A DNA stretch of 64,000 nt from Mobula hypostoma (GCF_963921235.1 NC_086097.1:41914001-41978000); one strand, 5' to 3'. Shown: positions 1 to 12,932, counted from the first letter of the stretch. Notes: generated by a model not told the origin, from the letters alone. A program made the numbers and translations.

Positions 1-2270
1 ACTCTTTGGCTCTTGCCAATCAGCCACTGCTTTATCCTTGCTAGCATCTTTCCTGTAATACCATCTTTCCTGTTAAGCAGTCTCATGTATGGCATCTTGT
101 CAAAGACCTTCTCAAAATCCAAGTATACAACATCAACTGATTCTCCTTTGTCTATCCTGCTTGTTACTTCTTCAAAAAATTCCAACAGATTTGTCGGGCA
201 AAATTTTCCCCTGAGGCAACCTTGCTGACTATGGCCAATTTTATCATGCGTCTCCAAATACACTGAAACCACATCCTTAACAATCGACTCCAACATTTTC
301 CCAACCACTGAGGTCAGACTAACTTGCCTATAATTTCCTTTCTTCTGCCTCTCTCCCTTCTTGAAGAGTGGAGTGACATTGGCAATTTTCCAGTATTCTG
401 GAACCATTCTAGAATCTAGAGATTTTTGAAAGATCATTACCTATGCCTCCACAATCTCTTTCAGAATTCTGGGGTGTACACCATCTAGTCCAGGTGACAT
501 CTACCTTCAGACCTTTCAATTTCCCAAGAACTTTCTCACTAGTTGTGGTAACTTCACACACTTCATGACCCCTGACACCTGGAAATTCCACCATACTGCT
601 TGCTAGTGTCTTCTACAGTGAAGACTGATGCAAAATACTTATTCAGTTCATCCGCCATTTCCTTGTCCCACATTAATACCTCTCCAGCATTGTTTTACCT
701 TCCATGTCAAATACAACATTGCCCTTTTGGCAGGCATTTTCTATCTCCTATTGTAACTTGTAGACCACATCCTTACTGCTGTTTGTATGTCTGTATATAA
801 CTCCTTTTAGCCTTGTGGTTCTTTAGCTCTATCCACAATGACTCAACACCTTCCAACCCTATTTCAGCTCTTTCTTATGAGATTTCATCTTTTACCAACA
901 GAACAAAGCCACTCCCTCTGCCTTACTGCCTGTCCTTTCAATACAATATGAATCCCTGGACAGTAGTTCCCAGCTATAAATTCCTTTTAGCCATGATTCA
1001 GTGATTTCTACATCATTGATACCAATCTGTAACCGTGCTAAAAGTTCATCGACCTCTTTTCTGTGTACTGCGCACATTCAAATGTAACATCTTCAGTCCT
1101 GTATTCACCTTTATCAATTTGTCCACCTTTTACATTGCAACTCATCTTGTCTCTCCTCAAACAAGAGAAAATCTGCAGATGCTGGAAATCTGAGCAACAC
1201 ACACAAAATGCTGGAGGAACTCAGCAGGCCAGGCAGCATCTATGGCAAAAAGTAGTTGATATTTCAGGCCGAAACCCTTTGACAGGACACCCTTAGCCTC
1301 TCCTTGCTTGAAGTCTCACTACACATTGCCTCCGTTAATAAACCAACTACCTCACCTTCAGCATTATCACTCTGGTTTCCATCCCCTGCCAAATTAGTTT
1401 AAACCCTCCCGAGCAACTTCTAGCCAACCTGCCCACAAGGATTTTGGTCCCCTTGTGTTCAGGTGTAACCTGTCTGTTTTGTACAGGTAATATTTTTCCC
1501 AGAAGAGATCTCAATGATGCATAAATCTGCACCCGTGCCCCCTCTTCTAGTTCCACAGCTGCACATTCCCCTGCCAAATCATTCTATTCTGATTTTACTA
1601 ATCCTGGAGGGCCTATTTTTTAGCTTTCTACCTAGCTCCCTAAAACCTCTCTTCAGGACCTCTTTTATCTACTTAAGTCTCTGGTGTCAATATGCACCAA
1701 GACTTCCAGCTGCTCACCCTCACTCTTGAGAACGCCATGGACACGATATGAGACATCCCTGATCCTGGCACCAGGGAGGCAACATACCATCCGGATGACC
1801 CTGCCGCACCCACAGATCCTTGTCTCTGTTCCTCTGACTGAAGAATCTCCTATCAACACTGCATCCTCATCGCCACTCTGCTCTACTAAGCCACAGTACC
1901 AGACTCAGTGCAGAGACCCAGTCACTGTGGCTCCCTCAGTAGGTTCTCTCCCTCAATAGTATCTAAAGTCGTATACTTATTAGTGAGGGGAACATCCACA
2001 GGTATATTCTGCACTCGCTGTGTATTTCCCCACTTCCTCCTGATAGTCACTCAGTTATCTGTCTCCTGCAGTCTAGGGGTGACTACCTCCCTGTAGCTCC
2101 TGTCTATTACCGCCTCATTCTCCCTTATTGGTTGAAAGTCATCGAGCTCCTGTTCCTTACTACAATATCTCAGGAGCTGCAACTCAGTGCACCTGGTGCA
2201 GATGAGTTATCTGGGAGACTGGACATCTCCCAGACAGAGTGCAAAACACTGTCCATGGAGTCATTCTTAC
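1..2270 (-). mobile_element. Decayed CR1-clade LINE, 5' part (ORF1 esterase + ORF2 fragments, internally deleted)
   Basis: Minus ORF 1665-1859 LIGDSSVRGTETRICG..RMVCCLPGARI..VLVHID is the SGNH esterase of CR1 ORF1. 892-1077 is the EN start (VEITESWL). 1-600 has RT-like pieces (KLKGLKVD; reverse complement of DFEKVFDK). Confidence 0.85.
1159..1290 (-). mobile_element. PLE terminal fragment nested in CR1
   Basis: caaacaagagaaaatctgcagatgctgg...gctggaggaactcagcaggccaggcagcatct matches the PLE end seen at 6322, 16827 and 62161. Confidence 0.8.
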
Positions 2271-2307
2271 TAATCTATGATGCCCTAACAGATATGTATA
2301 TATGTAT

Positions 2308-2437
2308 GAGAGAGAGGGAGAGAGGGAGAGAGGGAGAGAGGGAGAGAGGGAGAGAGGGAGAGAGGGAGAGAGGGAGAGAGGGAGAGAGGGAGAGAGGGAG
2401 AGAGGGAGAGAGGGAGAGAGGGAGAGAGGGAGAGAGA
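2308..2437. repeat. (GAGAGAGG)n purine microsatellite, ~16 units
   Basis: Directly visible perfect octamer array. Confidence 0.97.
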
Positions 2438-2604
2438 CTTACAAGAAAATCTACTTCACCCAAGCATGATGAGCCAAAGCCACTTTGAAGACTGCCACAC
2501 TCCTAATGAATGGTTACTCCAAGAGTGACTGTTCTGCTTGCACTTGAATTATTCTTATTGGCCCTTTCTAATGAATCCTTCTTGCTGATTGGTTGCTTCT
2601 CAAA

Positions 2605-2910
2605 GAGGAAAACCTGCCATAAAACTTTGCCTTCAAAATTTTGATTGCTTCCCAGATTAAAAAGTAGCTCTTTTCATGCACCTCTGGTATGGATTGTCCA
2701 ACTCAGAGAAAACCGGTTCAAAGTTCTGTTCTTTAAATTTTGGACGTGGACCTGACTGAAAGGTAGCTCTTTTTACACACTGCTGCTTGCTGTTTGGTCC
2801 TCAAATCAGAAAAAAACTGCTGTGAAACCTCTGCCTTCAAAATCTTGATCCTCACCCTGATTAAAAAGTAACTTTTTTCACACACCTCTGGTGTGGATTA
2901 TCCAACTGTT
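2605..2910. repeat. Diverged ~100-bp tandem repeat, ~3 copies
   Basis: aaaac(c)tgc..gccttcaaaat..tgat..gattaaaaagta.ct.tttt.ca..cacctctggt.tggatt.tccaact recurs at ~2608 and ~2812, with a weaker copy at ~2708. Confidence 0.7.
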
Positions 2911-2924
2911 TTTCAAGGATGTTT

Positions 2925-4503
2925 CCACGAAAGATGATGAAGGCAAGGCAGTAGATATTGTCTGCATGGACTTTATCAAGGCACATGACAGAGTCCCACA
3001 TGAGAGGTTGGTCAAGAAGGTTCAGCTATTTGGCATTCAAGATGAGGTAGTAAACTGGATTAGACATTGGCTTTGTGGGAGAGGCCAGAGAGAGTTAGTA
3101 AAAGTTCGCCTCTCTGACTGGAAGCCTGTGACTAGTGGAGTGCCACAGGGATCGGTGCTGGGACCATTGTTGTTTGTCGTCTATATCAACAATCTAAATG
3201 ATAATGTGGTGAACGGGATCAGTAAATTTGCAGATGACATCAAGATTGGGGGTGTAGTGGACAGCGAAGAAGACTGCCAGAGCTTGCAGCGGTTTCCGGA
3301 CCAGCTGGAAAAATGGGCTAAAAAATGGCAGATGGAATTTAATGCAGTCAAGTGTGAAGTGTTGCACTTCAGAAAGACCATCCAGGGTAAGTCTTACACA
3401 GTGAACAGTAGAGCACAAAGGGATCTTGGAATAAAGGTCTGTAATTCAGTGGTGTCAGATGCACATAGGGTTGTAAGGAAAACTTTTGGTACAATAGTCT
3501 TCATAAATCAAAGTACTGAGTGCAGGAGATGGGATGTTATGTTGAAGTTGTATAAGATGTTGGTGAGGCCTAATCTGGAGTATTGTGCGCTGTTTTGGTC
3601 ACTTACTTAAGGGAAAGGTGTAAATAAGATTTAAATAGTACGGTGAACATTTATAAGGATGTCACCGGAGACTGGAAGACCTGAGTTATAAAGAAAAATT
3701 GAATAGGTTAGGACTTTATTCCTTGAAATGTAGAAGATTGAGGGGAGACTTGATAGAGGTATACAAAATTAAGAGGGATTGAAGACCATAATACCACAAA
3801 ATATAGAAGCAGAATTAGGCCATTTGGTCCACTGAGCCTGCTCCGCCATTACATCATGGTTGAATCATGTTCCCTCTCAGCCCCAATCTCCCACCTTCTC
3901 CCCATTTCCTTTCATGCCCTGACTAATCAAGAATCTATCAGCCTCTGCCTTAAATATATCCAATGACTTGAACTCCATAGCTACCTGTGACAATGAATTC
4001 CACAGATTCACCACTCTCTGGCTAAAGAAATTACTCCTCATCTCCCTTCTAAAAGGATGCCCCTCTATTCTGAGGCCATGTCTTCTGGTCACAGACTGCC
4101 CCACCATAGGAAATACCCTCTCCATATCCACTGTATTGCTGCCTTTCAGCATTCAACGTTCAGGTATAGATAGGGTAAATGCAAGCAGACTTTTTCCACA
4201 GAGTTTGTGTAGGACTACAACCAGAGGTTATGAGGGAAGGTGAAAAGTTTAAGGGGAACATGAGGGGAAACTTCTTCACTCAAAGGATCATGAGAGTGTA
4301 GAACGAGCTGCCAGCACAAGTGGTGCATGTTAGCTCGATTTCTATGTTTAAGAGAAGTTCGGATAGCTACATGGATGGTAGGAGTATGGAGGACTATGGT
4401 CCCAGTGCAGTTCAATGGGAGTAGGCAGTTTAAATGGTTTGGCATGAACTGGATGGGCCAAATGGCCTGTTTCTGTGCTGTACTTTTCTATGACTCTATG
4501 ACT
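2925..4503 (+). mobile_element. 5'-truncated CR1 LINE (RT and 3' end)
   Basis: ORF 2891-3610: VDIVCMDFIKAHDRVPH, SGVPQGSVLGPLLF, SKFADDIK, LVRPNLEYC. 3' end gggccaaatggcctgtttctgtgctgta..ctatgactctatga. Confidence 0.95.
3785..4158 (-). mobile_element. CR1 3' fragment inserted antisense in the previous CR1
   Basis: ORF 3877-4152 RVFPMVG..TRRHGLRIEG..FFSQRVVNLWNSL. The host CR1 resumes at ~4162. Confidence 0.9.
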
Positions 4504-4504
4504 C

Positions 4505-4830
4505 GAAGGTAGATGTGGAAAGGATGTTTGCTCTTCAAAGGCTTACTGTAAGGGTCATCCATTTGGGACAGCATTAGCCTTCTCCATCTTAGTCTTTCAA
4601 ATTCTTTTCTCTCCGAACTCTAAATGTTATTCCTTGAAGGGCAGAGGAAGCCAAGCTTTTCAGTATATTTAAAACAGTGGTGGATGCATTCTTGATAAGC
4701 AAGAGGTGAAATGTTCCAATGGGAGACAGGAAAGCAGAGTTGATATTCCGGTCATTATATTAAAGAGTGGTGGAGAAACCTTGAGAGGCCGAATAGCCCA
4801 GCCCTTTCTGTAATCTACAAATGTATAGAT
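4505..4830 (+). mobile_element. Old CR1 3' fragment
   Basis: Degraded gtagatgtggaaaggatgttt..atatttaaaacagtgg..gagaggccgaatagcc. Confidence 0.55.
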
Positions 4831-6321
4831 GTATCAGTTTAGGTTCCCAAGATATGCACTCATAATTCATAATTTGGAAATCAGTTTGACAGCAGCCTCT
4901 TATTCTTCAGAAACCCATTTAATTGCAGGAAGCTTGAAATTCTTTGAGGGCTTTGTTTTGTTCCACATGGGTATACCATAATTAACCCCATCCTGCGGAT
5001 CTGAAATCTTTCAATGAAAAGTTGTCCTCCGGCTGTGGATAGGCCATCATTTCATTTGAAAACATGTTTGGGCTTAGCTGCCTTTGGTACCTCCCCTTGC
5101 ATGAAAGAGAAACTACTAGAAGCTGGTTATTAAAAAAATACTATGTTAACACAGGAATAAACTGAAGCCACTGCTTGTAGTGAATCACCACCGTCAAGCC
5201 AGAACATAGCTCGGTGCCTGTCTGTCTACCTGACCTGTGGCTGATGGGACATGTCTGTGCGTAGGTTTGGGTTGGGGTTAAGTGTACGTTCAGGTTAAGC
5301 TGCATCGGTCTGCCTCAGTGCTTTATCCAGATCAGAGTGAATTGCTTAGTTTTATGAGACAGGTCCTTTGTTCTTGAACAATATTTTTTGCTTTACCCTC
5401 AAATAAAATAATAACATGCTTATGATTATACAGAATTATAAGCATCATAACATGTTATTACAGAATCATAATCTTATCACTGAAGTATATTGTGGTGTGT
5501 TGCTGTGTGGCAGCAGTACAGTACAAGACATAAAAAATCACAAGTTATGATGTAAAAGATAAATAAATAGTGTAAGGACTAACCAAGGTAGAACATACAG
5601 GGTTAATGGTAAGGCACTGAGGAGTGCAGTAGAACAGAGGGATCTGGGAATACAGATACAAAATTCCCTAAAAGTGGCGTCACAGGTAGATAGGGTCGTA
5701 AAGAGAGCTTTTGGTACATTGGCCTTTATTAATCAAAGTATTGAGTATAAGAGCTGGAATGTTATGATAAGGTTGTATAAGGCATTGGTGAGGCCGAATC
5801 TGGAGTATTGTGTTCAGTTTTGGTCACCAAATTACAGGAAGGATATAAATAAGATTGAAAGAGTGCAGAGAAGGTTTACAAGGATGTTGCCGGGACTTGA
5901 GAAACTCAGTTACAGAGAAAGGTTGAATAGGTTAGGACTTTATTCCCTGGAGCGTAGAAGAATGAGGGGAGATTTGACAGAGGTATATAAAATTATGATG
6001 GGTATAGATAGAGTGAATGCAAGCAGGCTTTTTCCACTGAGGCAAGGGGAGAAAAAAACCAGAGGACATGGGTTAAGGGTGAGGGGGGAAAAGTTTAAAG
6101 GGAACATTAGGGGGTCTTCTTCACACAAAGAGTGGTGGGAGTATGGAATGAGCTGCCAGACAGGTGATAAATGCGGGTTCTTTTTTAACATTTAAGAATA
6201 AATTGGACAGATACATGGATGGGAGGTGTATGGAGGGATATGGTCCATGTGCAGGTCAGTGGGACTAGGCAGAAAATGGTTCGGCACAGCCAAGAAGGGC
6301 CAAAAGACCTGTTTCTGTGCT

Positions 6322-7521
6322 AACAACAGGAATTCTGCAGATGCTGGAAATTCAAGCAACACACATCAAAGTTACTGGTGAACGCAGCAGGCCAGGCAGC
6401 ATCTCTAGGAAGAGGTACAGTCGACGTTTCAGGCCGAGACCCTTCGTCAGGACTAACTGAAGGAAGAGTTAGTAAGAGATTTGAAAGTGGAAGGGGGAGG
6501 GGGAGATCCAAAATGATAGGAGAAGACAGGAGGAGGAGGGATGGAGCCAAGAGCTGGACAGGTGATTGGCAAAGGGGATATGAAAGGATCATGGGACAGG
6601 AGGTCCAGGGAGAAAGACCAGGGGTGGGGGGAAACCCAGAGGATGGGCAAGGGGTATAGTCAGAGGGACAGAGGGAGAAAAAGGAGAGTGAGAGAAAGAA
6701 TGTGTGTATAAAAATAAATAACGGATGGGGTACGAGGGAGAGGTGGGGCATTAGCGGAAGTTAGAGAAGTCCTTACCACCATTCAGGGCCCCAGACAGTC
6801 CATTCAGGTGAGGCGACACTTCACCTGTGAGTCGGCTCGGGTGATATACTGCGTCCGGTGCTCCCGATGTGGCCTTCTATATATTGGCGAGACCCGACGC
6901 AGACTGGGAGACCGCTTTGCTGAACACCTATGCTCTGCCCGCCAGAGAAAGCAGGATCTCCACACATTTTAATTCCACATCCCATTCCCATTCTGACATG
7001 TCTATCCACGGCCTCCTCTACTGTAAAGATGAAGCCACACTCAGGTTGGACGAACAACACCTTATATTCCGTCTGGGTAGCCTCCAACCTGATGGCATGA
7101 ACATCGACTTCTCTAACTTCCGCTAATGCCCCACCTCCCCCTCCTACCCCATCCGTTATTTATTTTTATACACACATTCTTTCTCTCACTCTCCTTTTTC
7201 TCCCTCTGTCCCTCTGAATATACCCCTTGCCCATCCTCTGGGTTTTCCTCCCCACCTCTTGTCTTTCTCCCCGGACCTCCTGTCCCATGATCCTCTCATA
7301 TCCCCTTTGCCAATCACCTGTCCAGCTCTTGGCTCCATCCCTCCCCCTCCTGTCTTCTCCTATCATTTTGGATCTCCCCCTCCCCCTCCCACTTTCAAAT
7401 CTCTTACTAACTCTTCCTTCAGTTAGTCCTGACGAAGGGTCTCGCCTGAAACATCAACTGTACCTCTTCCTAGAGATGCTGCCTGGCCTGCTGCGTTCAC
7501 CAGCAACTTTGATGTGTGTTG
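6322..7521 (+). mobile_element. Penelope-like element (Neptune-type GIY-YIG end) with inverted terminal repeat
   Basis: GIY-YIG remnant VIYCVRCSRCGLLYIGETRRRLGDRFAEHL (from 6841) and RLDEQHLIFRLGSLQPDGMN. 6356-6771 is the reverse complement of 7106-7522. TSD cctgtttctgtgct at 6308-6321 and 7522-7535. Confidence 0.93.
6419..6454 (-). ncRNA. Minimal type I hammerhead ribozyme motif (PLE-associated), intact core
   Basis: Minus strand reads AGTC-CTGACGA-AGG gtctcgg CCT-GAAA-C-GTC-GACT: stem I AGTC/GACT, CUGANGA and GAAA boxes, GUC cleavage triplet. Confidence 0.8.
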
Positions 7522-8109
7522 CCTGTTTCTGTGCTGTAGTTTTTCTATGGTTTCTATGGTTAGGTTGCGTTTATGGGTACTTGGACCATTCAGAAATCTA
7601 ATGGCAGGGGGACGAAGCTGTTGCTAAAATGTTAAGTGCGTGCATGTGTATAACAGCCATGGTTGGCTTGGGTATTCCAAAAAAGATGACCATTTGATCT
7701 TGGATTGCCCGTGGTCAGATTGGCCGTGATCAGGTCAGTTTATAAACTGTGTACCGAGCAGTCCTTAGTGCAAGCTGTGCTAACCTCATTTTGTTACTTA
7801 CTGAGGACTCTGATCACGCCATCAGGATGTGTTTTCTCTTGGAATGTGGCCGTGCTCTTGGGCTTGCAGGGGATCAAAGATCTTAGAAAGAACCTAAACT
7901 GATCACTTAGTTGAAACACAGGAGGCAAGTAGCAAGTGGCATATCTTCTACTGAAGAAAGCAACACGTTAAGCAAACACATGTACACACACACAAAGGAA
8001 TACACACATATGCCTTTATTAGACAGTTAAATGTCTGCATTAGGTGGGCATGTTGACAATTCAACAACCCAAAAGGCTGTGGATTCTAGTTGACTCAAAC
8101 ATTCTGATC

Positions 8110-8420
8110 ACATAGTTTAACCTGGCACTCCGGTTCAGAATTGCGGGAGTGCTTCACCATCAAGAGGCGCTGTCCTTTGGAGGAATTATGAAGTTGAGGG
8201 CTAGTCTGCCGCAAAGATGCCAATGCATTTTTCATCAAAAACCAGCATAGTTCTCCTGGTGTACTGGCCATTATTTAAATAGCAATCAATTAATTCAGGC
8301 CATCTGTTCATTTCAACCATTGCTGTTTGTTGGAGCTTTTGTATTCAAATTGCCAGCTGCCCAAAACGTAATATTGTTAAGCACAGATGAGCTGATTCCG
8401 CCTGGGATTGTGAAAATGCA
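8110..8420 (+). mobile_element. Ancient Deu-domain SINE (SacSINE1/AmnSINE1-like) remnant
   Basis: Collinear blocks gggagtgct..gaggcgctgtccttt..gtctgcc..aaagat..agttctcctggtgtactggccattattt..cattgctgtttgttggagctt..caaattg resemble the Deu-domain consensus as I recall it. Confidence 0.65.
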
Positions 8421-9674
8421 CTCCACTTAGTTCCATTGTCCAGCTTGCTTTTCCCTTTCATTCCTTTCGGCAGCCAGTGTGGAATTTAGTTTGCCATCTT
8501 TTCTGCAGCAGATTCTAAGTTGAAATCACTTACTGCACAAACTGCTATTTCCTCATGTTTCCTTTTGTCCTCTCACCAGCTACCTCCAAATGCCCCATAT
8601 TATTCCAGTAAAAACAATTCAGAAATGTAATTGTCTGTGAAATGCTTTGAGAGTGTGAGAGGCATGGTGTAAGAGAACTGGAGAACACCTGAAGGAAAAT
8701 AATCTCAATGCTGTGAGGCTTGGAATTAATTGGGCAGCTCTGCCAAAGAGCTGGCACGGGAACAAGGGGCCAATAAACCTCGAATTTTGAAAATATTATT
8801 TGGAGAAACACATATCGACAGAGAAGGGAGCAGAATAATGTTCCCCCGAAATAATTGAAAAAACAGTAGTGACAACAGAACATAAAGCAGAACAGTACAG
8901 CACAGGAATAGCTTTCTGATCACAACGTTGTGCCAAGCTAAATAAATTAATATTCAAATGTCCAACTAAACTAATCCCATCTGCCTCACAATATCCAAAA
9001 CCTTCCATTTCTTGCGCAATTGTGTGCCTATTTAAGAGCTTCTTGACTGTCTCTGTTGTATTTGCCTCCATCAGCAGCCCAGGCAGTGCATTCTCAGTGT
9101 ATCACTCTCTGTGTAAAAAAACCTGCACCACACACCTCCTTTCAATTTCACTTCACTCACTGTAAATGCATGTCTTCTAGTATTGGATATTTCAACCTCG
9201 GGAATAAAAAAGACACTGGCTGTCTGTCTACCCTCTCGTAATCTTATAAAGCTCTATCAGATTTCCCTAAATTTAACAAACCTCTTCTGATAGCACAATG
9301 TCTTCTAATTCAGGCAACACCTTGGTAAACCTGTTCAGCATCCTCTCCAAAGCTTCCACATCCTTCTTATAGTGGGTTGACCATGACTCGATGCAATACT
9401 CCATACACGGTCTAAGTAAAATTTTATAAAATTGCAACGTAATTCCTCAGCTAATAAAGGCAACAATGCGATATGCCTTCTTTACCACCGGTGTAAGGAC
9501 TTTCGGGGATCTATGAACTTGGATCCCAAGATACCTCTACACATCAAAACAAAGAGGGTCCAGCCATTAACAGTGTATTGTATCTTTACAGTTGATCTCC
9601 CAAGATGTAACATTTCATATTTGCCTAGGCTAATTCCATTTTCCACTTCTCCTCCCATATACACAACTGATCTA

Positions 9675-11862
9675 GAAACATAGAAAATCTACAGCACAAT
9701 ACAGGCCCTTTGGCCCACAAAGCTGTGCCGAACATGTCCTTACCTTAGAACTACCGAGGTTTATCCATAGCCCTCTATTTTTCTGAACTCAATGTACCTG
9801 TCCAGGAGTCTCTTAAAAGACCCTATCGTATCTGCCTCCACTTCCGTTGCTGGCAGCCCATTCCACGCTGTCACCACTCTCTGCATAAAAAACTGACCCC
9901 TGATATCTCCTCTGCACCTACTTCCAAGCACCTTAAAACTGTACCCTCTCGTGCCAGCCATTTCAGCCCTGGGAAAAAGCCACTGACAATCCACACGATC
10001 AATGCCTCTCATCATCTTATACACCTCTGTAAGGTCACCTCTCATCCTCCGTCGTTCCAAGGAGAAAAGGCCGAGTTCACCCAGCCTATTCTCATAAGGC
10101 ATGCTCCCCAATCCAGGCAACATCCTTGTAAATCTCCTCTGCACTCTTTCTATGGTTTCCACATACTTCCTATAGTGAGGTGACCAGAACTGAGCACAGT
10201 ACTCCAAGTGGGGTCTGAACAGGGTCCTATATAGCTACAACATTACCTCTTAGCTCCTAAACTCAATCCCACGATTGAGGAAGGCCAATGCACTGTATAC
10301 TTTCTTAACCACAGAGTCAACCTGTGCAGCAGCCTTGAGCGTCCTATGGACATGCTGACTACTCCTAATCATATTATGCCTCACCCAATGTTCATAAATC
10401 CTGCCTCTCAGGATCTTTTCCATCAACTTACCAACCACTGAAGTAAGACTCACTGGTCTATAATTTCCTGAGCTATCTCTGCTTCCTTTCTTGAATAAGG
10501 GAACAACATCCACAACCCTCCAATTCTCCAGAACCTCTCCCATCCCCATTGATGAAGCAAAGATCATTGCCAGGGGCTCAGCAATTTCTTCCCTTGCCTC
10601 CCACAGTAGCCTGGGAGCATCCCATCTGGTCCCAGTGACTTATCCAACTTGATGCTTTCCAAAACCTCCAGCACATCCTCTTTCTTAATATCTACATACT
10701 CAAGCTTTTCAGTCCACTGTAAATTATCCCTATAATCACCAAGATCCTTTTCCGTAATGAATACTGAAGCAAAGTACTCATTAAGTACCTCTGCTATCTC
10801 CTCTGGTTCCATAGACACTTTTTCACTCTCACACTTGATTGGTCCTATTCTCTCACACCTTATCCTTTTGCTCTTCACATACTTGTAGAATACCTTGGGG
10901 TTTTCCTTAATCCTGCTCGCCAAGGCCTTCTTATGGCCCCTTCTGGCTCTCCTAATTTCATTCTTAAGCTCCTTCCTGCTAGCCTTACAATCTTTTAGAT
11001 TTCTATCATTACCTAGCTTTTTGAACCTTTCATAAGCTTTTCTTCTTGACTAGATTTACAACAACTTTTATACCCCACAGTTCCTGTATCCTACCATCCT
11101 TTTCCTGTCTCAATGGAACATACCCATGCAGAACCCCACGCAAATATCCCCTGAACATTTGCCACATTTCTTCCGTACCCTGAGAACATCTGTTTACAAT
11201 TTATGCTTTAAGTTCCTTCCTGATAGCCTCATATTTCCCCTTACTCCAATTAAACGCTTTCCAAACTTGCCTGCTCCTATCCCTCTCCAATGCTACGGTA
11301 AAGGAGATAGAGTTGTGATCACTATCTCCAAAATGCTCTCCTGCTGAGAGATCTGACACCTGACCAGGTTCATTTCCCAATACCAGATCAAGTACAGCCT
11401 CTCCTCTTGCAGTCTGACCTACATATTGTGTCAAGAAACCTTCTCGAACACACCTAACAAACCCCCATTCCATCTAAATTCCTCGATCTAGGGACATGCC
11501 AATTGATATTTGGGAAATTAAAATCTCCCACCACGACAACACTGTTATTATTACACCTTTCCAGAATCTGTCTCCCTATCTGCTCCTCAATGTCCCTGTT
11601 ACTATTGGCCGCACTATAAAAACACCCAGTGGAGTTATTAACCGCTTCATGTTCCTAACTTACACCCACAGAGACTCCTTAGACAATCCCTCCATGTCTT
11701 CCTCCTTTTCTACGGCCGTGACACTATCTCTGATTAACAGTGCCATGCCCCCACCTCTTTTGCCTTCCTCCCTGTCCTTTCTGAAACATCTAAAGCCTGG
11801 TACTCAAAGTAACCATTACTGCCCCTGAGCTATCCAAGGCTCTGTAATGGCCACAACATCTA
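9675..11862 (-). mobile_element. Younger CR1 LINE (EN + partial RT, internal deletion near 10350)
   Basis: ORFs: LDLVLGNEPGQV..GDSDH; IKENPKVFYKY; PLFKKGSRDSSGNYRPVSLTS fused directly to LKAAAQVD; EYCAQFWSPH. Confidence 0.93.
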
Positions 11863-12214
11863 TATCATGATCTATATCATGCTATATCCTTTGTCAGTCT
11901 TCTACACTGTACACAACACCACCAATCTTCCTATCAATTGCGGATTTACTAACCTTTCCATCTACATTTTCATCCATATGTATGTGTTAGCAGAAGTTTC
12001 AATACGGATTCCTGCGGAACACCATGAGTTGCAGACGTCTTGCCAGAATAAGTCCCATCGATTACTACCCTCTTTAGAGCAGGACAATTCTGAATCCAAA
12101 TGGCCACCTTGTATCCTATGCATGTTAATCTGTTGGAAAACCCTTTGAGAGGAGGGACTTTGGCCAACGCCTGACAAAAATCCATGCGGACAACATCTAC
12201 AGCTCGGCCTTTAT

Positions 12215-12932
12215 CAAAAATACAAAGATTCGAAGTATGTATACATTAAACAACCTTGAGATTTGTCTCCTAAAAGGCAGCCATGAAACACAGAACCTAT
12301 ATAAAAAAGACCACCAAACACCCGATGCGCAGAAAAAAAATGCAAGCAAATAGCATTCTGAACAGAAGTCTGCAAGAGACTAGCATAGTTCAGCAAAGTT
12401 CAGCACAGAGCCAAGTAAACCTCAATGAGCAGTGATATGAACTGGTCCATCCCCTGCCTTGGGTCCCGACACCCTGACCTTTTCAATCTGGCCCGGCAAC
12501 CTAAGTCAACGGCCAAACCTCGAGTTCAGTCGAATCTGTATGGTCTGGGGCCTGGACCCCACCACATCAATTTGGCTTGTAACCAACACTTGCAATACGG
12601 CTTGGCACTTAAATCTCCATACAGACATTGTGTTCAGTTGAATCAGTATGCTTTGGTGCCTGATCTCGCCGCCTCGATTCTGCCTTCGGCACGGCACTTA
12701 AATCGAACGAACCTCGGGTCCTCCTCACTCTTGGCAACGGGTCTGCTGCCTCACCTTGCCTCAGTTCTGCCACATAGAATTGCCTTCAAGTCCAAAAGTA
12801 AGTTACAGAACTATTATTTGCAATGATAGTTTACCAGAAAAAGTGTGATTAACTAGGTATTTAATTATTTCCTTGTTTCGTTAGCCACCAGTCAGAAGTT
12901 GCTGAAGTTCACCAGTGCCATCTAAAACTGGA
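12215..12932 (-). mobile_element. Non-autonomous retroposon-like repeat (family also at 32355-32675, 35000-35327, ~58945)
   Basis: Shared 3' block (gga)gacaaatctca.g.ttgt...catac.ttga and TTTGA(AC)-type tail. No coding signal. Confidence 0.6.

Larger units (their letters stand above)
5573..7560 (+). mobile_element. Young 5'-truncated CR1 (5573-6321 + 7522-7560), interrupted by a PLE
   Basis: ORF 5674-6195 LYKALVRPNLEYCVQFWSP..RRRMRGDL. The tail (ttctatggt)2 resumes after the PLE. Confidence 0.95.
5460..7640 (-). mobile_element. Rex1/L2-like LINE 3' end, split by the CR1+PLE insertion (pieces ~5460-5572 and ~7562-7640)
   Basis: agaatc..ttatcactga..cagcagtacagt..ccattcagaaatct.atggc..gaagctgtt is collinear with the intact copy at 13160-13406. 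Confidence 0.6.

Noticed and set aside
2132..2488. ORFs with RE/SLSP repeats
   Set aside because: Translation of the (GAGAGAGG)n microsatellite.
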